DNA from: Thermodesulfobacteriota bacterium
Lineage (GTDB): Bacteria; Desulfobacterota; WTBG01; JAGOGO01
Direction of reading: 5' to 3'
DNA: 32,000 bases
NCBI GenBank assembly: GCA_026625185.1
Contig: CP113000.1
Coordinates: 3,042,651-3,074,650, forward strand
Position 1 is the stretch's first letter, and each line of letters begins with the position of its first letter. Both the position numbers and the translations under genes were made by a program. Below the pieces are notes generated by a model. It was not told the origin of the DNA and did no database searches. It saw only the letters and a program-made list of their open reading frames with translations. This document shows, in pieces, positions 1 through 8,010 of the stretch.

Positions 1-298
1 CAGTTTGTTTTTCCCCTCGGGGAATTAACCGTATCCCCACCTCGTCTCCAAAACTCCAAAAAGTAATGGACTTTTTTGCTTCTATAAAATAGTCCGCTTT
101 ATTAACGGTCTTCAGGGTCATCCATTCGTCCGGAAGTATTTCCAGCGTCTTTACCCAAACGATGTCAACTGGTGCATTAATTATGTTTTCATTCGCGGGG
201 CGCCTTACTGTCGAATAAGTCTAACAACCAAGTGTTCCTGAGCATAAGAGGACAGAAAGAACTATCACCATGTTAATAATTTTAACGTTAGACAGCAT
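1..298 (-). pseudogene. Putative lipoprotein/secreted protein gene interrupted by an in-frame TAG (223..221); the 3' end lies outside the window
   Basis: The minus-strand ATG at 298..296 is preceded by GGAGGTG (310..304). It encodes MLSNVKIINMVIVLSVLLCSGTLGC, a hydrophobic signal-like segment ending in Cys. A TAG follows, and the same frame then stays open for 73 more codons to the window edge (TYSTVRRPANENIINAPVDIVWVKTLEILPDEWMTLKTVNKADYFIEAKKSITFWSFGDEVGIRLIPRGEKQT). Confidence 0.35.
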
Positions 299-392
299 TA
301 TTACACCTCCTTTTAAAGCCGTTTATAAGCCTCCCCTTCCCTTCAGAAATTTATAGCCCAAACACTAATGGATTTAATAATAAGGAAATTTC

Positions 393-435
393 AAAAAAAA
401 ACACCTGAAAAGATTAGTAGCCAAAAGGTGTTTTT
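393..435 (-). terminator. Rho-independent terminator-like hairpin, symmetric but stronger on the minus strand
   Basis: An 8-bp stem AAACACCT (399..406) / AGGTGTTT (426..433) encloses a 19-nt loop. The A-run at 393..401 on the plus strand becomes a U-run after the stem on a minus-strand transcript. Confidence 0.5.
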
Positions 436-488
436 ATGGACATAAATTTATCCTCCCAACCAAAATAACTATAAGGTTTTTCCGGAGT

Positions 489-517
489 TTTATAGATAAA
501 TTTATTCATATTGTCAA
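489..517 (-). promoter_or_regulatory. Sigma70-type promoter candidate
   Basis: On the minus strand: TTGACA (517..512), a 17-nt spacer, then TATAAA (494..489). Confidence 0.4.
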
Positions 518-633
518 GAAAAAAATTGCTCACAATCGTATTATTTTCGGCCTCAGTTAGGTGGTCGAAAAACCAACCCATCCAATAAATATAAACAAAG
601 TCGTCCTACCGGAGCCTTTTAACATTATTTTTA

Positions 634-3033
634 TTATGAGTAGTAAAGTACCGGCTCTCTTAAAATAAGGGGGAGAGATTGGAAAGCTTTTTTTGCCAAC
701 GCGGGGTGGGTCGTTTCCAGATTTATGACCTGCCGAAGGTGGTCACCAGTCCTTAAAATAAGCATCACCAGATCACCTTCCTCAATCGGGAGGAGTTCCA
801 AAAGATCATCCCAGGAATAGCCTTTTGCCCAGATAAATAAGGCGATCGCAGGCCAAAGCTGCAAAGGCGGGGACGAAAAGCCTTGACTGAGTATCATTTC
901 CCGGAGGTGCTCGAGCTTAAGGATCATGGCGAAAAAAGCTTTTTCTAAAACGCGCGCTTCCGGAATTCTTCGCACCTCCACCTCTATCTCCTTTGGTTTA
1001 TCAGACACAAAGGGAGCAATCAGGCCGGCTAAAATTTCCGGGCTTACTTCCTCAAATGCTTGTTTGCGGATACACTCAGCGATGAGCAGGGGTTGGTCAA
1101 TTCGTAATTTCGAAGCCCAAGCCCCATCAGAAGTCAGATGGTTATCTGCAGTTACAAAACCCGTATCGCGCAAAAATGCGAGATGACGTTCAAAATCAAG
1201 CCAGAGCCAGTGACCAGTCTTCTCGATCTTTCGGGAAAGTTTTTTCATCCGGGACATGACACCTCTCACCAGGTCACTGCCCTGTGTATAACAGAGCGGA
1301 ACATGGACACAAACATTACAAACTTCTCTTTTTTCCCGGTGCGTGATTAACTCCGCAACTTTATTTTTATCCTTAAGGTCGCACTGACTTTGGGGCAGAA
1401 GTTTGCGAAGACGTTCCCAAAGGCTTTCCCATTTTTCTTCTAATTTTTTTTGTGATTTTCTATTTTGAAAAGTGGCAAATGACTGGTCTAATAATTCCCG
1501 AATCGCCACCGGACGGTAAGAAAGAAGCAGATTAAGGACCATGGAAAAATTGATTTGAATTTGACTTTCGATTGGTTCCGGTCGTGAAGAAAGAAGCGTA
1601 TCAATCAAATACGGGTCTTGAAATGCTCCCGGTATTACCAAGGCAAAACCGATATGATCCTTTCCTCTCCTTCCGGCCCTTCCGGTCATCTGGTGAAGCT
1701 CGGTTGCCGTTAATGGAGCAAAGTCAATCCCATTAAAGCGATCACTTTGAACAATGGCGACCGTTCGGGCAGGAAAGTTTACTCCGGCCGCCACCGTCGA
1801 GGTTGAAAAAATAGCATCTAACAAGCCCGCGTTCATCATTTTTTCGATGAGGATTTTCCACTGGGGAAGTTGACCCGCATGGTGGGAGACCACGCGGGAA
1901 TGAATTAAATCGGGTAATTGCCGATGACCGCGTAAAAAGGGAAACTCCTTGAGTAATGTTTCCAACGCCTCGTGAAATCCTTCTTCTTCCTGAAAACTGT
2001 TTTTTGGCGCTGCAGCACAGGTCGTAAGCGCCTGATCACAATCCGCCCGGGAGGTAAGAAAAAAGATTGCCGGAAGCAGGTTGTTAATTCTCAGGTGGTT
2101 TATTATCTCACCATACTGCTGAAGACCTGAAAACCTTCTTTTCCGCCGCAAACGGGAATCAGACTGCAAAAAATTTTTTATCGGCGGAAGCAAACCCCGA
2201 CGATCTGAAAGTGGTGTTATCTCTCCATTCGGGAAAAGGAAAAGGGGAAACAGTGGCACGGGCCTTGTTTCTGAATTGACGACCGTACAGAGAACACCGC
2301 GAATTTCAGCAAGCCAGTTTGCGATTTCTTCCCCATTTTCCAGGGTCGCGGACAGAAGCAATAATTTAACCCGATGGGGAAGATAAATCAGAACCTCTTC
2401 CCATACTACCCCCCGATCGGTATCACTTAAATAGTGCGCTTCATCGAGTACCGCCAGGTCAATGTTGAGGTCAGACAAAGAATACATTACATCATAGAGC
2501 TGATTGCGGAGGATTTCTGTGGTTCCCACAATCACGGGCGCATCGGAGTTTTCTTTCCGGTCTCCGGTTAAGATACCCACCTTGTCCTGGCCCAGCTCAT
2601 CGATGAATTCTTCGTATTTGGAATTTGAGAGCGCTTTGAGCGGGGCTCCATACCAGACCCGTTTTCCCTGTTTAAGATATTCTTTGATCGCTTCCAAAGC
2701 GATCCAGGTTTTTCCCGAGCCGGTTGGAGCGCTTACCAATACATCATTAAATTTTAATTTTTCAAGGGCCTCTAATTGGAAATCATCAGGCCGAAATGGT
2801 GTTTCCGATGGCACTCCAATTTGGGCAAAAATTTTCTTTAAAGTGGGATGGAGCTTGAAAGAAGTTAATCGTTTTCCTTTTTCCCTTTTTGAGGCAGAAA
2901 AGCGGTTTTTATGATATTTTCGTTCTTTTGATGAGAATTTTGATTTTGGCAAAGTTCTATTACAATCTTTTTGAAAAACTATTGCGGAAAATTCACTTTG
3001 ACAGGTTAGCGAAGATAGTAAGATCAGGAACAA
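634..3033 (-). CDS. Superfamily-2 DEAD/DEAH-box helicase, Ski2/HelY-like
   Basis: 799-codon ORF with the motifs APTGSGKT, DEAH, SAT, HHAGQLP and GRAGRRG, plus a long C-terminal region of Ski2/HelY type. There is no ATG upstream of motif I, so the true start is uncertain (TTG 3033 or TTG 2952). Confidence 0.85.
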   Translation of the reverse strand: MFLILLSSLTCQSEFSAIVFQKDCNRTLPKSKFSSKERKYHKNRFSASKREKGKRLTSFKLHPTLKKIFAQIGVPSETPFRPDDFQLEALEKLKFNDVLVSAPTGSGKTWIALEAIKEYLKQGKRVWYGAPLKALSNSKYEEFIDELGQDKVGILTGDRKENSDAPVIVGTTEILRNQLYDVMYSLSDLNIDLAVLDEAHYLSDTDRGVVWEEVLIYLPHRVKLLLLSATLENGEEIANWLAEIRGVLCTVVNSETRPVPLFPLFLFPNGEITPLSDRRGLLPPIKNFLQSDSRLRRKRRFSGLQQYGEIINHLRINNLLPAIFFLTSRADCDQALTTCAAAPKNSFQEEEGFHEALETLLKEFPFLRGHRQLPDLIHSRVVSHHAGQLPQWKILIEKMMNAGLLDAIFSTSTVAAGVNFPARTVAIVQSDRFNGIDFAPLTATELHQMTGRAGRRGKDHIGFALVIPGAFQDPYLIDTLLSSRPEPIESQIQINFSMVLNLLLSYRPVAIRELLDQSFATFQNRKSQKKLEEKWESLWERLRKLLPQSQCDLKDKNKVAELITHREKREVCNVCVHVPLCYTQGSDLVRGVMSRMKKLSRKIEKTGHWLWLDFERHLAFLRDTGFVTADNHLTSDGAWASKLRIDQPLLIAECIRKQAFEEVSPEILAGLIAPFVSDKPKEIEVEVRRIPEARVLEKAFFAMILKLEHLREMILSQGFSSPPLQLWPAIALFIWAKGYSWDDLLELLPIEEGDLVMLILRTGDHLRQVINLETTHPALAKKAFQSLPLILREPVLYYS

Positions 3034-3041
3034 TTAAATAA

Positions 3042-3057
3042 TTGGTTTTAAAACCAA
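3042..3057. promoter_or_regulatory. 16-bp perfect palindrome in the divergent helicase/nagZ intergenic region, a possible operator
   Basis: TTGGTTTTAAAACCAA read directly from the sequence; function unknown. Confidence 0.25.
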
Positions 3058-3175
3058 AAAAACCATGGTATCTTATTGTCCAGCTCCGCCTACCCGATGC
3101 TTTTTCGAGCATACTCTATGACCCTTTTATAAAATATATAGTATCACCAAATGTGGACAATGTGAAATAAAAATT

Positions 3176-4726
3176 ATGAACGTGCGATCAAAAATCGGCC
3201 AGCGGCTCATGATCGGCCTCCGGGGAACATCGCTTGATAAAGAAACTCGCGCTCTTCTCCAGGAACTTTCGCCCGGAGGAGTCATTTTGTTTTCTCGAAA
3301 TATTAAAAATCGTGATCAAGTTAAAAATCTGATCCGAGAAATCAAAAAAGAAGTTAACCCCCCTCCCCTTGTCGCCATTGATCACGAAGGAGGTCTGGTT
3401 GTCCGGTTCTTTGACGAGGTTACGATAATGCCGGGAAACATGGCGTTAGGCGCTACCGAGTCTTCTGAATTGGCATATCAACAGGGCGCATTAACCGCTC
3501 AGGAAATTAAATCCATTGGTTTTGATATCAACCTTGCACCGGTGGTCGATGTGGCAACCAATCCGGATAACCCCGGAATAACCATCCGTTCTCTGGGCGG
3601 TGACCCTCTAAAGGTAACCGGATTAGCAGTTGGCTTGATTCAGGGAACTCAATCACGGGGTGTAGGAGCAGTGGCAAAGCACTTTCCCGGAAAGGGAGAG
3701 GCAAGCAAGGACGCCCATTTTGACCTGCCCAAGGTTGACCTTTCCTGGGACGAGTTACATGACCTTCACCTCTTTCCTTTTCGTGAATGCATCAAAAACG
3801 GAGTTGCCGGGGTGATGTCCTCACATGTCATCTACTCCAACCTCCCCGGTGTTGATGCGGTGCCCGCAACGTTTTCTTCCGCACTCATAAAAGAATATTT
3901 GCGTGAAAAATTGGGTTTTAAAGGAGTTATTTTTTCTGACGACCTGGAGATGGGGGCGATCACGAAATTTTTCCCCTTTGAAGAAGCAGTGGTAAAAACC
4001 ATCCAGGCCGGGCATGATATGATATTAATTTGCAGCGACTATGAAAAACAGCGCTCAGCCTTTCAAAGTCTCATCACCGCTTGTGAGCAGGATAACGGTA
4101 TTTTGTCCGGCATGGAACATTCTCTGGCAAGGATCCAACGGTTAAGAGACTTTTCCCGTGCACCTCAGGTTCATGACGTTCAAAGCACTGCTCAGGCCTC
4201 CACAACCCTGGCTAAAAAGATTGCCGAACAGTCCATTACGCTTATTCGGGGGCAAGTACCCGTGCCGATCAATCCTGATAACAAGGCTACCATCTACGCG
4301 ATCATTCCTGTTCTCGCAAAGCTTGAGTCAATTGAAGATGGTTTTGAAGCTGGAAAAAGAAATTTTATCGTAAAGACTCTCCAAGACAAATTCTCAGGAG
4401 CAATCAAAACTGACTTTGTTTCTTTAGATCCTACTCAAGAAGAGGTTGAAAAAGCCCTCAAGGAAGCGAAAAAAGCGGCGCTGATTCTGGCTTTTATTTT
4501 TAATGCTAAATTCAACTCCGGTCAGAAGCTTCTTCTCAAAAAATTGAAAACCCGTCCCCAGAATACTATCTTCATTCTGCTTCGAAATCCTTTTGATTTA
4601 CAATATCTGAATACCGGCCAAACCGCGTTCATTACTTACGGCTATCGCAAAGTCCAGATTGAGGCGGCAATCAAAGTGCTTGCCGGCGAAATCCCGGCTT
4701 TAGGCAAACTACCGGTTAAGCCATAG
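3176..4726 (+). CDS. nagZ: Glycoside hydrolase family 3 beta-N-acetylhexosaminidase (NagZ-like, two-domain form)
   Basis: 516 aa with AIDHEGGLVVRF and KHFPGKGEASKDAHFDLP, which match the GH3 NagZ signatures (IDxEGG, KHFPGxG...D.H). An extra C-terminal domain is present. Confidence 0.85.
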   Translation: MNVRSKIGQRLMIGLRGTSLDKETRALLQELSPGGVILFSRNIKNRDQVKNLIREIKKEVNPPPLVAIDHEGGLVVRFFDEVTIMPGNMALGATESSELAYQQGALTAQEIKSIGFDINLAPVVDVATNPDNPGITIRSLGGDPLKVTGLAVGLIQGTQSRGVGAVAKHFPGKGEASKDAHFDLPKVDLSWDELHDLHLFPFRECIKNGVAGVMSSHVIYSNLPGVDAVPATFSSALIKEYLREKLGFKGVIFSDDLEMGAITKFFPFEEAVVKTIQAGHDMILICSDYEKQRSAFQSLITACEQDNGILSGMEHSLARIQRLRDFSRAPQVHDVQSTAQASTTLAKKIAEQSITLIRGQVPVPINPDNKATIYAIIPVLAKLESIEDGFEAGKRNFIVKTLQDKFSGAIKTDFVSLDPTQEEVEKALKEAKKAALILAFIFNAKFNSGQKLLLKKLKTRPQNTIFILLRNPFDLQYLNTGQTAFITYGYRKVQIEAAIKVLAGEIPALGKLPVKP

Positions 4727-4742
4727 CCATTGGGAAACCGTG

Positions 4743-4764
4743 GGGGCACGGCACGCCGTGCCCC
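4743..4764. repeat. GC-rich perfect hairpin (REP-like palindrome), possibly the nagZ transcript end
   Basis: GGGGCACGGC-AC-GCCGTGCCCC lies 17 nt after the nagZ stop. It is not followed by a clean T-run. Confidence 0.4.
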
Positions 4765-4867
4765 TACTAAAAAATTTCTTCTATTGAAAAGATTAAAAAT
4801 TTTAGGTATGATTTAAAAGTTATAAGATGTTTTTTATGTAAACCTCGTTAGAAGGCTTTCACACGGG

Positions 4868-4907
4868 TCCTTTATCCCGTTAGAAAATTTTCTAACGGGA
4901 TAAAGGA
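4868..4907. promoter_or_regulatory. 40-bp perfect palindrome overlapping the Shine-Dalgarno sequence of the downstream dehydrogenase gene
   Basis: TCCTTTATCCCGTTAGAAAA|TTTTCTAACGGGATAAAGGA is perfectly self-complementary. Its 3' arm contains most of AAGGAG (4903..4908). The ATG is at 4915. Confidence 0.6.
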
Positions 4908-4914
4908 GAAGTTT

Positions 4915-6222
4915 ATGCTGAAAGAAAAGATAAAAAATAAGGAAGCACTTATTGGTGTCATCGGCATGGGGTATGTGGGTATACCACTCACATTGACCTT
5001 TTTAAAAGCAGGTTTCACCCTTCTCGGGTTTGATATTGATGAAAGCAAAGTAATCGCTCTCAACCAGGGAAGAAATTATATCAAACAGTATCCCCCGAAA
5101 CTGTTTTCCCCGTATCTCAAAAAAAAGAAGTTTTCCGCAACCGCAGATTTTACACGGCTTGCAGAAGTTGATTGTATCATCATCTGTGTCCCTACCCCTT
5201 TGACAAAAATGAAAGACCCTGACTTAACGTATATCATTAACACCACTCAGGCGATTGCGAAAACCCTCCATAAAGATCAGCTTATTGTTTTAGAAAGCAC
5301 CACGTACCCAGGCACAACCGACGAACTCGTGCTCCCAAAATTAGAAGAAAAAGGGCTCAAGGTTGAAAAAGATTTTTTCCTATCTTTTTCTCCTGAACGG
5401 GAAGACCCGGGAAACAAAAATTGGAAAACCGCGGACATCCCCAAGGTGGTAGGTGGGGTAGGACCCACATCTACCCTTCTCGCAAAAGAACTCTACCAGT
5501 CGGCGATTAAACGGGTGGTTCCGGTATCATCAGCTCGCGTAGCCGAAATGACTAAACTACTCGAAAACATTTACCGGAGTGTGAACATCGCTCTGGCAAA
5601 TGAAATGAAAATCATCGCTGACCGCATGGGGATTGACATCTGGGAGGTTATTGAAGCTGCTTCCACCAAACCATTCGGTTTCACTCCCTTTTATCCCGGA
5701 CCGGGACTGGGCGGACATTGTATTCCCATCGACCCCTTTTACCTTTCCTGGAAGGTGCGGGAATTTAACCTTACAACCCGGTTTATTGAACTGGCGGGCG
5801 AGATTAACACCAGGATGCCTGAATATGTGGTGGAAAAAACCATGGACGCCTTAAACGCGCACAACAAACCGCTCTCTCAATCAACGGTCCTCATTTTAGG
5901 GGTGGCTTATAAAAAAGACATCGATGACATGCGTGAATCCCCGGCCTTGGAAATTATCAATTTATTCCAAGAAAAAGGAGCACGGGTGCTCTACAATGAC
6001 CCCTTTTTTGATAAAATCCCTTTGGTCCGGAGAGGAAAGTTTAACCTGAAATCAGAAGAACTTACTGAAAAGCTTCTCCAAAAAACAGACTGTGTGGTGA
6101 TTACCGCCGCTCATTCCTGCTATGACTATAAGTGGATTGTAAAACACGCCCATCTGATCATTGATACCCGGAACGCAACCCGCGATGTGCGTGAAGGACT
6201 TGAAAAAATTGTCAAGGCGTAA
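4915..6222 (+). CDS. Nucleotide-sugar 6-dehydrogenase (UDP-GlcNAc/UDP-ManNAc dehydrogenase family)
   Basis: 435 aa with an N-terminal Rossmann motif GVIGMGYVGIPL and the catalytic region GGHCIPIDP typical of the UDP-glucose/GDP-mannose dehydrogenase family. Confidence 0.85.
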   Translation: MLKEKIKNKEALIGVIGMGYVGIPLTLTFLKAGFTLLGFDIDESKVIALNQGRNYIKQYPPKLFSPYLKKKKFSATADFTRLAEVDCIIICVPTPLTKMKDPDLTYIINTTQAIAKTLHKDQLIVLESTTYPGTTDELVLPKLEEKGLKVEKDFFLSFSPEREDPGNKNWKTADIPKVVGGVGPTSTLLAKELYQSAIKRVVPVSSARVAEMTKLLENIYRSVNIALANEMKIIADRMGIDIWEVIEAASTKPFGFTPFYPGPGLGGHCIPIDPFYLSWKVREFNLTTRFIELAGEINTRMPEYVVEKTMDALNAHNKPLSQSTVLILGVAYKKDIDDMRESPALEIINLFQEKGARVLYNDPFFDKIPLVRRGKFNLKSEELTEKLLQKTDCVVITAAHSCYDYKWIVKHAHLIIDTRNATRDVREGLEKIVKA

Positions 6223-6236
6223 GCGCCCGGCCCGCT

Positions 6237-6815
6237 TTAAAGTTTTGACCGAATTTTTTTCCAGAGATCTTCTTTGCCTTCTCCCGTGACTGCGGAGAAA
6301 AACACTATGTGGTCATCTTCTACCTTGAGCATCTTTTTTACCAGGAGCTTCTGTTGATTTCTCCGGCCAAAGGGGATTTTATCTATTTTCGTCAATACCA
6401 CAACTGCGGGGATTTTGTAGAATCGTAACCATTCCAGCAAATCACCATCGTCCCGAGAAGGCTCACGCCGGCAGTCAAGAATAACCACCACGAGTTTTAA
6501 ATTTTTTCTGCTGGTTAAATAAGTCTCAACCATTGGTTTCCACTGTTTCCTTATTTCCCCAGGAACCTTTGCGAAACCATACCCCGGAAAGTCAACAAAA
6601 TATAATTTTTGGTTTATGGAAAAAAAGTTAAGCGATTGGGTTCGCCCCGGTGTGGAGCTGGTACGCGCCAGGTTTTTTCGATTAACCAAGGTATTCATGA
6701 GCGAAGATTTTCCGACATTCGATTTCCCAGCGAATGCTACCTCAGGCAACGTATCAGGGGGGTAGCCCGCTTGTTTAAAAGCACTTGTGACAAAATCAGC
6801 TGAGACTACTTTCAT
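6237..6815 (-). CDS. engB: Ribosome-biogenesis GTPase EngB/YihA/YsxC
   Basis: 192 aa with GKSNVGKSSLMNTL (G1), LARTSSTPGRTQSLNFF, DFPGYGFA and TKIDK (G4). Its start overlaps the birA stop (ATGA). Confidence 0.9.
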   Translation of the reverse strand: MKVVSADFVTSAFKQAGYPPDTLPEVAFAGKSNVGKSSLMNTLVNRKNLARTSSTPGRTQSLNFFSINQKLYFVDFPGYGFAKVPGEIRKQWKPMVETYLTSRKNLKLVVVILDCRREPSRDDGDLLEWLRFYKIPAVVVLTKIDKIPFGRRNQQKLLVKKMLKVEDDHIVFFSAVTGEGKEDLWKKIRSKL

Positions 6816-7855
6816 TCTGACTCCTTACTTCTGACTTCTGATTCCTGACTCCTGTCTTCTGTCTCCTGAATCCTTAGCGAAACATCTCCCGCAACGATCT
6901 TTTCCCTTTTTCCATCGGGAGCAAGCAGGATAAGGGCGCCATCCCCATCAATTGTTTCCGCGATTCCGGTTTCCGGGCGTCCGTCTGAAAAAATAGTTAC
7001 TTTTTTTCCGAGAATAATGGAATAGGAGAGCCACTCATCCCTTATGCGCTTAGTCTCACCCGATAAAAAACATTTATAAAGGCAATCCATCTCCTCTAAT
7101 ATCCGTTTAAGAATGGGAAGGCGCTTCTGAACCCTTCCTGTTTCTCGTTTAATCGAGGTAGCAAGATTGCATAACTCCGGATCAAGAGAAAGGTCAGCGT
7201 TTACATTAAGACCAATTCCTACCACGACCCATTTAACTCGTTTCTGATCAAGAGAAACATCCGTTAACGCCCCGCAAATTTTCCGGTGATTAACATAAAC
7301 ATCATTGGGCCACTTTATTCCCGCCTTAATTTTAAAAAGGGTGTTAAGGGTCTTGCAAACCGCAAGCGAAGCAAAAAAGGTCATTTGGAAAACTTTTGAA
7401 GGAGCCACTGAAGGATAAAACACTACACTGAATAAAAGATTCTTTTTGGGTGGAGATACCCATTGCCGTTTTAGCCTTCCCTGCCCTTGGGTCTGATAGT
7501 CAGCAATAACCAGGGTGCCATCAGGAACACCGTGAACGGCAATCTCTTTTGCCTGAGCATTGGTAGAATCAATTTTGGGGTAAAAAAACACCTGTCGGCC
7601 AATAATGGTGGTCTTTAATCCTATGGTAATGAAAGGGGGCAAAAGCTTATCCGGCACAGAAACCAAGCGATAGCCTTGACCAGGTCGGGACTCTATTTTA
7701 CACCCCAGCGTGCGGAATTTTCTGATTTTTTCCGAAATCGCAGTCCGGGAAATTTTAAGCTTCCGGGCGATCATCGACCCGGAATGAAATCCGGAAGAAG
7801 ATGCCAAGAAGTTTAAAATTTTACTACCGATTTCTTTTTTCATAATGTCGTGCAA
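6812..7855 (-). CDS. birA: Bifunctional biotin-[acetyl-CoA-carboxylase] ligase / biotin operon repressor BirA
   Basis: 347 aa with an N-terminal HTH (ISRTAISEKIRKFR), GQGRLKRQWVSPP, KWPNDVYV and a C-terminal GDVSLR. A 19-aa acidic/Ser-rich tail follows. Confidence 0.9.
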   Translation of the reverse strand: MHDIMKKEIGSKILNFLASSSGFHSGSMIARKLKISRTAISEKIRKFRTLGCKIESRPGQGYRLVSVPDKLLPPFITIGLKTTIIGRQVFFYPKIDSTNAQAKEIAVHGVPDGTLVIADYQTQGQGRLKRQWVSPPKKNLLFSVVFYPSVAPSKVFQMTFFASLAVCKTLNTLFKIKAGIKWPNDVYVNHRKICGALTDVSLDQKRVKWVVVGIGLNVNADLSLDPELCNLATSIKRETGRVQKRLPILKRILEEMDCLYKCFLSGETKRIRDEWLSYSIILGKKVTIFSDGRPETGIAETIDGDGALILLAPDGKREKIVAGDVSLRIQETEDRSQESEVRSKESE

Positions 7856-8010
7856 TGATATTATTTATATAAGTTTTTTTACTGCGTTGCATTCTGATCA
7901 ATTTTCTTATATCATCTTTAAAAAAAATACCAAAACGAATACAATTATCTTCTTTTAATTTTATTCTTTATTGGAAATGAGCTTTTACCCAAAACTGAAA
8001 GAGGCTAAAA

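Noticed and set aside
6223-6236. Weak palindrome AAGCG-CCCGGCC-CGCTT between the convergent dehydrogenase and engB genes as a bidirectional terminator
   Set aside because: It has only a 5-bp stem and no flanking U-runs, so it is not supportable.
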